From: Leucoraja erinacea | Taxonomy: Eukaryota | DNA length: 64,000 nucleotides | Direction: 5' to 3' | NCBI RefSeq assembly: GCF_028641065.1 | Contig: NC_073389.1 | Location: forward strand, 41,726,001 to 41,790,000 | Program-made: the position numbers and the translations under genes | Notes under the pieces: model-generated | Seen by the model: only the letters and a program-made list of their open reading frames with translations | Told to the model about the DNA's origin: nothing | Databases searched by the model: none | Shown here: positions 35,995 to 49,591 of the stretch, piece by piece | How the letters are laid out: each line of letters starts with the position of its first letter | Numbering within the stretch: the stretch's first letter is position 1

Positions 35995-36325
35995 AGTCCA
36001 TAAGTTCATAGTTTATAACATCTAGGAGCATAAATAGGCTATTAAGTTTACTCCACCATCCAATCATGGCTGATCTGTCTTTCCCTCTCAACCCCATTCT
36101 CCTACATTAGCCCCATAACCCCCGACACCCTGACCACAAATCAAAAGTCTGTTAATCTCCACCTTAAAAATATCCATTGACCTGACCTCCACAGCCATCT
36201 GTGGCAATGAATTCCACAGATTCACCACCCTCCGACTAAAGAAATTAATTCTCATCTCCTTTCTAAATGTACACACATCCTCCACACATTCACTCTATCC
36301 AGGCCTCTCACCATTCGGTAAGTAC
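35995..36325 (-). mobile_element. CR1-type 3' fragment
   Basis: FFSRRVVNLWNSLPQMAVE..GYGANVGEWG. Confidence 0.8.
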
Positions 36326-37209
36326 TAATAAGTCTAGCGTGCAAGTATGCAATTCTTAGCTCAGATGTTCCTTCCTCCCAGCTTAAAGAAGAGTTTCGGC
36401 CAGAAACGTTGCCTATTTCCTTCGCTCCATAGATGCTGCTGCACCCACTGTGTTTCTCCAGCACTTTTGTCTACCTTCCTTCCTTCCAATACTATTTTGT
36501 AGAAATGGCGGCTGTGAGTATTTTTCTGTATTTAGCATTGCAAAAAAAAGATTGGATGCTAGGAATGGATCCGTGCACAGACTCCTGACAATCTCATCAT
36601 TTTCTGTTTGATTCCACATGTGCAGCCTCACATAATTTTTTCCTGAGGCAGCTTTTTGTTTTCCAGGTCACGGAGAGTAGTCAGATAAATCAAATCATTG
36701 ACAAGGTACAGCATCCTGCCCTCATTTGAGAAACTGCTCTCTTGTGTTACATCCATGAGCTGCCGAACTGAGTGTGCACCCCCCTCTAAAGGCACTAAGA
36801 CTGGGCTATGATATATGGCCATTTGACTACTTGCTGTACAATATCTGTACTATAGCTCTGCAGGGAAACATATTTCTTGGACACACACTGTTTCTTACTG
36901 CCATCAGAGATCTGAGGGATGCGATCAACTGTGAACTTCTCCCCATTCATTCAATGCTACCATCCTCATCAAATGATCACTCTGGAAGGCCAACTAACTC
37001 ACCTGACCCTGAGAAATTATTTGGTGCAGAAACAAGGAACTGCAGATGCTGGTTTACCAAAAAAAGACACAAGTGCTGGAGTAACTCAGTGGGTCAGGCA
37101 GCATCTCTGGAGGTCATAGACAGGTCCTGCTTTTGGGTTGGGACCCTCCTTCAGACTGATGACTTCAGTCTGAAGAAGGTTCCCGATCTGAAATGTCACC
37201 TATCTAACA

Positions 37210-37490
37210 TCTTAGAATAAAGGGGAATTTAAGACTGTGAGAAAAAACTTTTTCACCCAGAGAGTTGTGAATTTATGGAATTCCCTGCCGCAAAGGGCAG
37301 TGGAGGCCAAGTCACTGGATGGATTTAAGAGAGTGTTAGATAGAGCTCGAGGAGCTAGTGAAGTTAAGGGATATGGGGAGAAGGCAGGCACGGGTTATTG
37401 ATAGGGGCCGATCAACCATGATCACAATGAATGGCGGTGCTGGCTCGAATGGCCTCCTCCTGCACCTATTTTCTATGTTTCTATGTTTCT
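37210..37490 (+). mobile_element. CR1/HER1 3' fragment
   Basis: Same subfamily as 2988-3216. Confidence 0.85.
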
Positions 37491-39104
37491 ATCTGGTTTC
37501 CGCCAACGACTGATACAAAAAGCTGGAGTAACTCAGCGGGTCAGACAGCATCTCCGGAGAAAAGGAATAGGAGATGTTTCGGGTCGAGACCTTTCTTCAG
37601 ACATGTGTTAGCTTCAGTGTTGAGACCCGGATAATGAATGAGAAAGATTTTCTGCAATGTTTCCCTCCCATGTATTCACACTGTGAGAAATGCAAACCAT
37701 AACAAGCAAGGAGGAAGAGGAACTGAACATTGTCGAAGTGTCCAGAAAGCTTCAGCATTATATACAGTATACAAATGGAATATTATGAAGAACACTTCTT
37801 TTCCTTGACTTTCAACAATCCAAAGTCTTCGGATGCAGCAAGTATCTTGATCTCCTCCCACAAGAACCTGATGATATCCTGTCACGACAAAGGCCTCATG
37901 ATTTCTTACCAAAGCAACCATGAAGATGGGTTTATCAACAGCCATAAATTAGGGTTGGACTGGAAATTAATTTTATACATGTTCGAAGAAATAAAATGAA
38001 CAAATTGCTTGATCTTGTGTTGTTTGCTTTGGACAGCAGTGAATGTATGTAATTGTCTCTTGATTACCAGTCAGTACAGAGGTCCAACATATATCATCCA
38101 CCCCATATTACTTTGGTTCCTAAACATAGTCATAATGTCACACTATTATAGAGCACAGAAACAGTCCATGCTGACCAAGATTGCCCCATCTAAGCACATC
38201 CCATTTTCCCGTGTTTGGTCCATGCCCCTCTAAACCTTTCCTTATACTTGTGTAGGAAGGAACTGCAGATGCTGGCTTAAACCAAAGATAGACACAAAAG
38301 GCTAGAGTAACTCAGCGGGTCAGGCAGCATCTCTGGAGAAAAGATGACGCTTCGGGTCCAGACCTTTCCTCAAGTAGGCCCCATCCTGAAATGTCATCTC
38401 TTCCATTTCTTCAGAGATACTGCAGTTACTCCAGCTTTTTATATCTTTCTATATATTTTATGGTTTAGTTATTATTCTATCTCAGATTAAATGTTTTGTG
38501 GCGTCTATAGTGTCCTAATTTCACAGAACACGCAGTACAGTAATACAACAATACAACAATATTGACATTATTCAATCGTCGTCTGTTCCTTCTCTCCATA
38601 GAGGCTGCCTCACCTGCTGAGTTTCTCCAGCATTTTTTTGTCTACCTTCATGTGCATGGATGGAGATAAGTGATTTACTTTAGAGGGCTATATACAGTAC
38701 ATAGCTGGTACTGGAGAGGTAAGAGCTTGCTGTTCACCAGTGACCTTTGCCTGGTGAACAACAGGTCCTTTAGCCCACTGAGCCCGCTCATTAATCCTAC
38801 ATTAATCTCCTATTTAATATTTTTATTTATGTATATTTTTAAACCATTCACCTCTGATGTGAGAATTGAACTGGAATGTTTATCAATGAGAAATGCCTGG
38901 TTGAATTGATCTGAAATTGATTGCTATTGTGTTTCACTTAAGAACAAATACATTGATATTCAATTGCATATCACTTAATTGTAAACACAAAAACAATATC
39001 AATCAATTGCATTTCCAGGCAAATGAAATGAGATTATCATCGTAAACCTTGTCCACCCGTAGCTTAGTATTATGTATCTATTTACCTTCGCTTAGAAAAT
39101 TCGA

Positions 39105-39310
39105 AACAAGGAACTGCAGATGCTGGTTCACAAAAGAAGACACAATGCACTATAGTACCACAGCGGGTCAGGCACCATCCCTGGAGAACATGGATAGGTG
39201 ATGTTTAGGGTCAGGGCCCTTCTTCGGGATCTTGCCCCTGAAGCATTACCTATCCAAATTCTCCAGAGATGTGGCCTGACCCGCTGAGTTACTCCACCAC
39301 TTTGTGTTTT
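39105..39310. mobile_element. Penelope-derived repeat, inverted pair
   Basis: gcgggtcaggcaccatccctggagaacatggataggtgatg mirrored by cattacctatccaaattctccagagatgtggcctgacccgc. Confidence 0.7.
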
Positions 39311-40635
39311 GTTCTCTTATAAATGTAGTTATGTACAAAGTGATAACGTCACAGAACTAATTGCATGTCAAGGGTGATTACAGACAATAAAGATAATAAA
39401 ATGACACTTAGAGGACAAATATCTGACAAAACAAAAACTTGATGAACCAATCACAAGATTTAAACATGTTCTTCACGGGCTACTTCTTACAAGATTAGAT
39501 AATCAAACTCTCCTGCCTCCCCATGTGTAGTTGCTACCAGAGATAGTTTGGCCCTGCATAGTGCACAGGTATTTGTTACAAAATGAGCAGTGGAGTTGAA
39601 AACCAAATTGAATCGTAGAAATAGAAAATAGGTGCAGGAATCGTGCACCTTTATGCATAAAGAACGCATTCATGCCTGTAGGTATTATACTAAAAGATTG
39701 AAAGACTGGCCAAGGTGAGAATGATACATCAGATTCCCTCTAAACTTGCGTATTTGACATTAACAGTGTTTTCTACAGTTAAAACATGGCCTTATTGGCC
39801 CTTGCAACACTTTTGAAATGGTATCTCCTCAAAGTGAATCTAGATATTCATAAGTTCATTAATTCATATCTTATAAGAGCAGAATTAGGCCATCCAGCCC
39901 ATCAAGTCTACTCCGCCATTCAAGCGTTGCTGATCTATCTAACTTTCCTTCTCAACCCCATTCTTCTGCCTTCTCCCCATAAGACGTTGATGTAAATAGA
40001 TACAATGCTCAGGTGTGCATGGCCAGATTTAATAGAAAGTTAGTCTGGGGAATGATGTGATGCAAACCTGCCTGACTTTGTTTATCTAGCGCTTCAGTCT
40101 CAGTCGCAAGGATACCATCACTCTTTTGACACTGGGTCATTCAGTCAATCTCTGCCCTCCTACTCACTCTCCGCATGAACTCCTGGAGAACTATTAGCAA
40201 TTACGGTCAACTTCGCTGCTGCAGACATTTGTCGATGAAAAATAAATTATAACCATTCGACTATACTTCATTTAAGCCCTTTCACTTGAAACCTTCAGCA
40301 ACTGTCAGAAAGAGAGGAAACCATTGTTTCCTGTGTCTGAGCTGGTTCAAACCCAGGTCTCAGAGCCAATAAAGGCCACCATTCTAACGCACTAACATGG
40401 ATCCTTCAGAAAAAATGAACTGCCAATTATATTCTAGATTTACTTAAGCTCAAACACATTCCACTTTTATTAAAAAACAACTGACTCTATTGGAGCTGCC
40501 TAAACCCTTTCACACTCAGTGTGTAACTCATCTAGAAAAGATAGACAGGGTAAATGTAAGGAAGCAGGGTACTGGTATTTATTAGGCAGAGCATTGAAAA
40601 AATAAAAGGAAGATAGACACAAAATGCTGGAGTTA

Positions 40636-40861
40636 TGCCCCTGTCCCACTGAACAGAAACCTCTGGAGACTTTGTGCCTCACCCAAGGTTTCCGTGCAGT
40701 TCCCGGAGGTTTTATGTGGTTGCCGGAGGTTGCAGGTAGTGGAAGCAGGTAGGGAGACTGACAAAAACCTCCGGGAATCTCCGGGAACTGCACGGAAACC
40801 TTGGGTGGGACGCAAAGTCTCCAGAGGTTTCCATTTGGGTTTCCTAAGTGGGACAGTGGTG
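40636..40861. mobile_element. PIF/Harbinger-type MITE nested in a Penelope-derived repeat
   Basis: TIRs tgcccctgtcccact / agtgggacagtggtg and long internal inverted arms; flanked by TTA/TAA; host gctggag-taa-ctcagcgg restored on removal. Confidence 0.8.
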
Positions 40862-41104
40862 TAACTCAGCGGAATAGGCAGCATCTCCGCAATGAAGGAA
40901 TGGATGACGTTTTGGGCTGAGACCCTTCTTCAGTAGAAGGGTCTCGACCTGAAACGTCACCCACTCTTTCACTACAGAGATGCGGCCTGTCCCACTGAGT
41001 TACTCCAGCATTTTGTGCCTTACCTTCGGTGTAAACCAGCATCTGAAGTTCCTTCCTACACAAATAAAAGAAAGAGTTGTATCCAAAAGAAAAGAGAAAA
41101 ATAC

Positions 41105-41560
41105 AAGAACACAAGACAATAAGAATAAGTCCCTCAAGCCTGTCCCACTGTTCAACACCATCATGGCTCACCAGCATCAAGTTTCAACTCCTTTTCTGCA
41201 CCACCTTCCCATAGTCATCAATTCCCTGAAAGATTCACCTTGTCTTTAAATACCCCTGATGATCCAGCCTACACAATCCTCTAGGGTATGGAGATCTGGA
41301 GATGTAACACCCCCTGCCAGAATAAATCCCCAAGGACCCTGATTTAAAATGACCATGATTTATCATGCAACTATGTCTCCTTTTTGAAGTCTCTCTCGCT
41401 GGTCGAAACATTTCTACATCTACCTCGCCATACCTCCTTCGGTTCTGATATGTTTCAATAAGATCATCTCTGATGCTTCCAAACTCCAAATAATACAGAT
41501 CTAAATTCTAGCATCTCATGCCTGGAATTAGCCTAATGAATCTTGTTGGTCTGGCTCCAA
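41105..41560 (-). mobile_element. Old CR1-type fragment
   Basis: EFGSIRDDLIETYQ (41235-41489). Confidence 0.65.
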
Positions 41561-42864
41561 CACTAGTTTAGTTTAGTTTAGTTTATTATGTACTGAGGTA
41601 CAGTGAAAAGCTTTTTGTTGCATCCTATCCAGTCAAGAAAAGATTATACATGATTACAATCAAGTGCACATATACAAGATAAAGGACCGACTGAAGACTA
41701 GCATATCCTTTATTAAATAAGAGGGTCAAACTGTGCACAATTCTCTTGGTGTGGTCTTGCACAATTGTAACAATACAACACTATTTCCAAAAGCTAATCA
41801 CGGTGCCATCAGTGCCATTCTATCACTTTCCTTCCTACTTCTGCATCTATTTGCTAACCATTTGTGATTCATGCACAAAAATGCCAGGTTCCCAATGTAC
41901 ATAACACAAAATACTTTGCCTTTAGATTCGTCTTACTGAAGCACATGATCTCATACTTTCTCATGTTAAACCTCATTTGTTAACTTTATGCACACTCACT
42001 CAATCTATGTACAATCAGTGGCAGAGTCTGCATTCTAAAGAAAGGTGTCGACCCAAATCATCAGCCATTCCTTCTCTCCAGAGATGCTGCATGTCCCACT
42101 GACCTGCTACAGCTTTTTGTGTCTATCTTCTGTTTAAACCAGCACCTGCAGTTCCTTCCTGCATATAAACTCTTTGCAATTTACCCTCAGGTCATTAATA
42201 TAAATAATAAATAATTGAAGGCAAAACATTGATACTTGGGGCACTCCATTATTTGTAGTGATATTGGACCCATTAGTTATAGTTTTTCAAAATGCATTGA
42301 GTTTGAGAAGGTTCCGATGGATTGGAAATCCACAAGTATGACGCCCATATTGGAAAAGCAAGAGAAATGAAATGCTATGTTAGTTATATGTCTTTTGTTC
42401 ACAAATTGCCAGAGTCTGCAATCAAGGAAGCATTCACTAATTATTGGTAAAAGATCAATGCAAGCAGAAGTTCACAGGTTCTTGTAGCAGAATTTGGCCA
42501 TATAAAAGGCGGGTGCTCGAGATAGGAACTCAAGGAATTGGATCAGCATGGTTTGAAGGCTCATTATCACACAGAATCGGAATAATGGACAAAATCGGAA
42601 TCGGAGTCTTTCATATCTTAAAATAAAAATACATATATTATTTTTTTCTTTATTACTATAGCCATCCACTATTTGTCACTGCTAGCATTTCTTAAAACTA
42701 CCCACTGACATTGTTTAAACTATATTGTTGTATCAAACACTGAAGCACTGAAATAGTACAATTTTCATATCTGCACCTGCAGTCTCATGTGCCTCCAGTC
42801 TCATGTGCCTCCAGTTTTCTCAGGTGTGTTGTGATTGTTGTTGTTTTAAACTTTAGAATACTAT

Positions 42865-43070
42865 AACCATTAGGCGCAGAATTCGGCCATTCGGCCCATC
42901 AAGTCTACTCCGTCATTCAATCATGGCTGATCTCTTTTTCCCTCTCAACCCCATTCTCCTGCCTTCTCCCCGTAACCTTTGATACCCTACTAATCAAGAG
43001 CCAGTCAATCTCCGCTTTAAAAAAATCAATGTCTTGGCCTCCGCAGCCGTCTGTGGCAATGAATTCCACA
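42865..43070 (-). mobile_element. CR1-type 3' end
   Basis: ggccattcggcccatcaagtctactccgtcattcaatcatggctgatc. Confidence 0.8.
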
Positions 43071-43645
43071 AGTACTTCTTGCCAAATCTGCATCCATCTT
43101 GCACCTTGTCAGGGCTATTTAATCCTGAGTTGTGAGGAAACTGGTGCCCAATTTATTCACTGTCCTTAGCTGTGGTGTGGTGCGTACAATCACATGGTTC
43201 AGGTAGCAGGTAACTGTGTCACGACTCTTAGTAATAATTCAGCCCAAATGGCTTTGCTGTTGATTTGTGCTTCAGTCGAAGGAACGCTCCACTTAACAGA
43301 CAACGTTTACGATGGAATGTGACAGAAAATAAATCATTAGCAATCTCTTGAACTTGGAGAACTTACTTTCAGGTACATGTTAATAAGAGATTATGCTATA
43401 AATAAGGAGAGCTTGGCTGGACTATATTTATTTTATTTGAAAAAGAAAGGAGGGTGAGATAGAATAATAATCAGAGCATGTAATATTTCACGAGACTTAG
43501 ACAGGGTGAGCAGGAAGGACATATATGCACTACCCTCTGCCTGGAAAAGCCACTGGAGGCACACTGATTTTGTACCTGCAGTCTAATAATCACAAGTGCC
43601 ATTTACATGGCGGTGCCATGAACTCTTGAGAGCAAGTCTCTAGCA

Positions 43646-43966
43646 AGGGCGGCACAGTGGCACAGCAGTAGAGTTGCTGCTTTGCAGCGCCAGAGACCCC
43701 GGTTCGATCCTGCTACGGGTGCTGTCATATGTCTGAATGAGAACTAAGTTTGTATGTTCTCCCCGTGACCGTGTGAGTTTTCTCCGGGTGCTCCAGTTTC
43801 CTCCCACACTCCAAAGACGTACAGGTTTGTAGGTTAATTGGCTTCGGTAAAACATTGTAAATTTTACCTCACGTGTAGGATAGTGCTCGTGTATGGGGAT
43901 CGCTGGTCGGCGGAGACTTGGTGGGCCGAAGGGCCGGTTTCCATGCCGTACCTCTAAACTAACCTA
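43646..43966 (+). mobile_element. V-SINE (HE1-like)
   Basis: Full head, core and tail. Confidence 0.88.
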
Positions 43967-44259
43967 AAAGTCATACAGCCCAATGGTAGTGCTGCTGAGA
44001 CCACTCCATAACATGCAAGATGTGGACCTGGCATAGCAAGTCACCATCATGGGAACTTGAGACATGGAGGCTTTTTAATTGCTGTGCCTTCCACATGCAG
44101 ATTAATTGATGTGCAGGACGAGGGCTGGATTCATGATCAGTGCAGGCAGTGGGACGATGGCCCTCAAAGGCTTACTCCTGGCAGGCCACATGTAAGCTTT
44201 TAATCCCTTTCCTCTCCGCATGGAAGTTCTAAACGGAACACCTTTCCAGAGCGAGGTGG

Positions 44260-44670
44260 GCCAGCAGTGCAGTAGAATGTCCCCGGAGTCATCCAAGAGG
44301 GGACCGGGAGGTGAGTGGCCGAGGATGGACCCTGTGAGTGTGGGGGTCGGATGGGCCGAAGGTCAGACTGTGAGTGATGGAATTCAGTCGAGGATGCGCT
44401 ACCAAGAACAAAGGGGACCCGGCGTGGGAGGGGGAGGGGGCACCGAGAGAACAAAGAGGAGCTCTGTGTGAGGGGGGAGGGTGCTTAAAGAACAAAGAAG
44501 GACCATTGGAGACCATATGGAACACTTTGTACCTCTGTCAGTGCCCTATACGTGGCAACCCTTTGCATACTTTGTGTATGGCATGCAAAACAAAGAATTT
44601 CACTGTGACATGTCACACGTGACAAAAATATGGCATAATTTGTTCATTCATTCATTCATTCATTCATTCA
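44260..44670 (+). mobile_element. G-rich non-coding retroposon 3' part with (ttca)n tail
   Basis: aaagaatttcactgtgacatgtcacacgtgacaaaaa end followed by (attc)n. Confidence 0.6.
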
Positions 44671-46071
44671 CCTTTGCATAAATGTAGCGGTAAAATACTT
44701 CACTTTGCGTGGCTTTTTGATCAACGGAGAGAAAAAGTAACCGTGATTTTATTTTGTGTTGTGAACAGTAAGTTATAGAATGGGTTGCATTGACAATGAC
44801 TAATGCTCTTTACCGTTTAATAAGCCAAGTGGCAGCAATAAGCTTGAGTATCTTCACAGGTCAATTCATGTTTATGAACATAAAATAGAAGACAAGTTCA
44901 AGGATCTGAGCCTCTTGCATTGATTGACCTTACGAGTGGTCTCAGGGGGGTGAGCATCTGCTCCACAGCTGTCCAACAGTCGCTTGGTGATATTGAGATT
45001 TCCTTTGCCGATTTCCTGCTATTTAACCTGTTGCCGTATTTCCTGTTGGTCTGATTAGTCGGGCTCCGGACTGCAAGGTGCATCTCTTTGGTGCACCGGA
45101 AGAGTTATTCAGATGAGATAGTTCAAATTCGGGGCATTTTTCATTGTAACAGTTATACAGGTAGGTGGGCCAAAATGGAAAGTTATTTTTAAATGACAAA
45201 CATGCATAGGTAAAGTTGTAGGGAAAATAAATAACACATTACCACACATGTGAGGGATATGGCCACATGATATATTTATGAAAAAATGCAGTACCATCTT
45301 GTCTCAAAGTCTGAAGTAATTTGGAAGCACATAAAGGGTGGTAGGCGTATGGAACAAGCTGCCAGAGGAAGGAACTGCAGATGCTGGTTTAAACCAAAGA
45401 TAGACACAAAAAGCTGGACTAACTTAAAGGTTAGCATCTCTGGAGAGAAGGAATGGGTGACGTTTCGGATCGAGACCTTTCTTCAGAATTCAGAATCTAT
45501 GTTGTACATAGATTGAGTGAGTGGGCAAAAAGTTAACAAATGAGGTTCAGCATGAGAAAATGCGAGATCATGTGCTTCAGTAAGACTGAAGAAGGGCAAG
45601 TTAGGCCGAAGGGCCTGTTTCCACGCTGTATCACTCTATAACTCTATGACTCTAAGCACTATTTGCCTGTCGTAATTAACAATATGTTATTGTTCATAAT
45701 TGTTATTATTTTGAGATCGATTCTGAGTTCATGAAATCGCTCTTAAACAAGTTAGAATAAAAAACAGGAATGCACGGGAACATTCTTTTCAAAATTGCTA
45801 TCCTCTCAATTTTATCTTCTCGGCATCAGGATATGCTGCCTGATGCCATGACATGCTTGCCTTGTTCTGCACACACAGGTGGATTGAAGATCACCACTCT
45901 CACACTGAATAATTCCTAGTCTCACTCCAGGAGGTCCTTAAAAGGAAGTAGGCAACATAAATTTGCACTGAAACCAGGAAACGTGGAGAGGGTGAATAGC
46001 TGAATGTTGGATAATTACAACAGATAGCTCACACTGCGCACCATTTAACTATTCAGACTTATCTCGAGTAC

Positions 46072-48383
46072 ATGTCTGTAAGATGCCAGCCTTTTTTTCT
46101 ACCGAGAGAACTAACAGTCGTGATTGTCACGGCTGTGTATATTCCACCTGACGCCAATGTAAACAAGGCGCTCTCTCTCCTGCTGAACACCATTAACGAT
46201 CAGCAGCGGGACCACCCCGAAGGTGTTCACATAATCGCAGGGGACTTTAATATGGCCAACTTGAAGACTGTACTGCCGAAATTCTATCAACATGTCAAGT
46301 GTTCTACTAGAGGGGTGAACACGCTGGATCATGTCTACACCAATATCAAGCCCGCGTATAGAGCCATCCCCCTCCCCCAACTCGGCCAGTCAGATCATCT
46401 CTCCCTCCTGCTCTCTCCAGACGCAGTGCCAGGCCCACCATAAGATCTGTTACAACCTGGCCTGAAAATGCACTCTCCAATCTACAGGACTGCTTTACAC
46501 AGACAAACTGGGACATATTCGAACACCAGGATCTGGAAACTCTCACAGAATCGGTGCTGGACTATATCAAGTTCTGCATCGGAAATGTGACTGTAGACAA
46601 AAACATACGGGTTTTCCCAAACCAGAAACCCTGGATGTCCAGCCAGGTCCGCACACTCCTCAGAGCCCGCGATGCTGCCTTCAGGTCAGGTGACAGAGCT
46701 CTGTACAGGGCTGCTCGAGCCGATCTGAAAAGTGGTATTAAAAAAGCCAAGGCGGACCATAAGAGGAGCATAGAGTCCCACTTGTCCAGCAATAATACAC
46801 GGGAGGTATGGCGGGGCATACAAGACATTACCAACTACAGAGGCTGTGCCACAAAGTCAGAAGACCTGAGTGCGCCGCTGGCAGAAAAGCTAAATTGCTT
46901 CTTCTCCCGCTTTGAAACATCACAACAGCAGCACTCACCTGCTACAGCCCTGTTCCCACCCTCACCTAGCTCCTGTACTACCCCACTCACTGTCAGGGAG
47001 CACGATGTCAGACGGGTGCTCCTGGCAGTGAACCCCAAGAAGGCTACCGGCCCAGATGGAGTACCTGGTAAGGTGCTCAAAGCGTGCGCCCACCAGCTCA
47101 CTGCCATCTTCACCAGAATTTTCAACCTCTCCCTGGACCAGGCAGTTATTCCGTCCTGCCTAAAATCAGCCACAATCATCCCTGTGCCGAAGAAGTCTCC
47201 CATCACCAGCCTTAATGACTACGGTCCTGTGGCCCTCACTCCGATAATCACGAAGTGCTTCGAGAGATTGGTCCTCCAGCACATCAAGGTCTATCTACCA
47301 CCAGACTTCAACCCCCACCAATTCGCATATCGCCAAAACAGATCCACAGAAGACGCCATTACCGTAGCTCTCCACTCTGTGCTGAGCCATCTGGAGCAGG
47401 GGCAGAGCTACGTCCGGATGCTCTTTGTGGATTTTAGCTCAGCTTTTAATACAATCATTCCGGACATTCTCATTGGTAAACTGGTCACTCTCGGCCTCCC
47501 CACTCTCACATGTGCCTGGATAAAGGATTTCCTCACCAACCGGCCCCAGACTGTGAGACTCGGCCCCCACCTCTCCTCCACTCGCAGGTTGAGTACCGGT
47601 TCCCCACAGGGCTGTGTGCTAAGCCCCCTCTTATACTGTCTCTACACCCACGACTGTAGTCCGGCCCACAACAACAACCGCATCGTCAAATTTGCTGACG
47701 ACACTACTGTAGTCGGACTTATTTCAAAGGGAGACGAGGCAGCCTACAGAGAGGAAGTCCTCAAGTTGACAACCTGGTGCACAGAAAACAATCTGGCTCT
47801 GAACACCAGGAAAACAAAAGAGCTCATTGTCGACTTCAGGAGGCACAGCACCGACTTAGCCCCCCTACACATCAACGGCGAGTGTGTGGAGAGGGTCAAC
47901 ACCTTCCGGTTTCTCGGCGTCCATATCGCTGCTGACATCTCCTGGACGGACAACACGACAGCGGTCATCAAGAAGGCTCAGCAGCGGCTGCACTTCCTGA
48001 GGGTCCTCAGGAAGCACAACCTGGACTCTAACCTGCTGCTGACCTTCTACCGCTCGTCCATCGAGAGCCTGCTGACATACTGCATTACAGCATGATATGG
48101 CAGCTGCACCATGGCAGACAGGGAGAGGCTTCAGAGGGTAACTAGGACAGCGCAGAGGATCATTGGCTGCCCTCTCCCCTCCCTGATGGACATCTACACC
48201 TCCCGCTGCCTTAGCAGGGCAAAGAAGATCACCAAAGACAGCTCCCATCCTGCGTTTGGACTGTTCGACCTGCTGCCCTCTGGAAGGCGCTATAGGTGCA
48301 TCAAATCCAGGACAAATAGACTCAGAAATAGTTGCTTTCCGAGAATTATAACTACTATTAATTCTAATTCACACATGCACTGA
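46072..48383 (+). pseudogene. Rex1/Babar APE-RT polyprotein, disrupted
   Basis: PVALTPIITKCFERLV, LFVDFSSAFNTI, GSPQGCVLSP, KFADD; frameshift near 46420 and TGA at 48093-48095. Confidence 0.92.
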
Positions 48384-48576
48384 CTTCACTGCCCAACACC
48401 ACGGACTTCCATCTGTATATATGTATATATGTATGTAGCGCCGCAGAAATTGTGCACCTATTCCCCCCCCCCCCTTCTCCCTTCTGTTTTTTGTTTTTCT
48501 GTTTCTTGTTTTTTGTGCTAAATTGTATGTATGCACTGAGTACGAGCAGCTTTCAGTTTCACTGTACATGTATAGT

Positions 48577-49436
48577 AGCAATGTTACAAAATTTTGAGAT
48601 TTTAAAAATCAAGTCTGCAATTTATCCCATCAGATAAAGCATAACAATAAGTTTAATTTGACACCAAATTCACTTTCATATCTCAAGTATTAAAAAAGTT
48701 ATGGCCATTTTCATACTCGGAAATTAGCATCTTGTTCCCTATTGATTTTCAATGGACATTACAAAAAAGCTGTGATCTTGGATAATCAAAGGCCCATTTC
48801 TTAAGGAAAGATTAACATTTTTAAATAGCCTAAGTGTCCAAAGATTATTCACAAATAATTCACAATATAACATAATTTTTATATCTAATTTACATTAATT
48901 TATAGGCCAAATGGAAGGAATTTAGTGTTCAATTGCTGTAAATAAATGCCCATTTAAATCGGCTTTCTAGTGGGTTCATGTGGAACGCGCTGGTTTAGAA
49001 TGTTGACAGCGCGCTAGATTAGTGCCCTCAAATGCCGAGAAAAATACTGCGGGATATAAAAAGCCCAAAATGAACTATTCGTTATAGATAACTTGATATA
49101 TAGGGTTATATATATGCCCCGTTTAATGTAAAAATAAGGTACATACCTTTAATTGTTTGCTTTATAAAACCCTGGGGCTGCGAGAGGTTGCGGAATCAGA
49201 GAGTAATTTTAAACTATTAAAACTATATTATCGAGGCCTATAAAACTAATAATACCTTTTGCGACCGGGTCTTGCAGCGATTTTTCGTTAATGATTTAAT
49301 AGGCTGAACATCTGCGATTAGTACAGCCTAGTAAAAATCGCGTTTTAAACCCGCCCCCTCCAAACAGCGCCAAAATCGCCGACATGGCTGAGGGCAGATT
49401 CCCAATGACGATTCAGGTAGGTTTTGTAACATACTT
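48577..49436. mobile_element. Non-autonomous DNA transposon with short TIRs and a 7-9 bp TSD
   Basis: atgttacaaaa / ttttgtaacat inverted ends; ATGTATAGT duplicated at 48568-48576 and 49437-49445. Confidence 0.85.
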
Positions 49437-49591
49437 ATGTATAGTGACAATAAATGGCATATCATCTGAGGTTGTATTTAATGTAGCTCATACTGTCAGT
49501 GTCTTTCTACTTCATTTGTTAAACAGTATTTACTTAAACTATGAAAGTATTTGGATTGTTCAAATATGTAAAATTGATAACATATTTGGAA

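Larger units (their letters stand above)
46066..49460 (+). mobile_element. Rex1/Babar LINE, 5'-truncated, with tail split by a DNA transposon
   Basis: APE (AVYIPP, AGDFN, LDHVYTN, SDH) and RT; 3' end ttcactgtacatgtatagt|gacaataaatgg rejoined across 48577-49436. Confidence 0.9.

Noticed and set aside
36667-36705. Possible 39-nt microexon (ttttccag|..aag|gtacag)
   Set aside because: Weak donor, unrecognised peptide, no partner exons.
37730-37999. Possible host terminal exon
   Set aside because: No recognisable protein similarity in any frame and no supporting upstream exons.
43646-43720. tRNA genes (here and at other SINE heads)
   Set aside because: A/B boxes are present but continue into the V-domain and LINE-like tail; these are SINE heads without a full cloverleaf.
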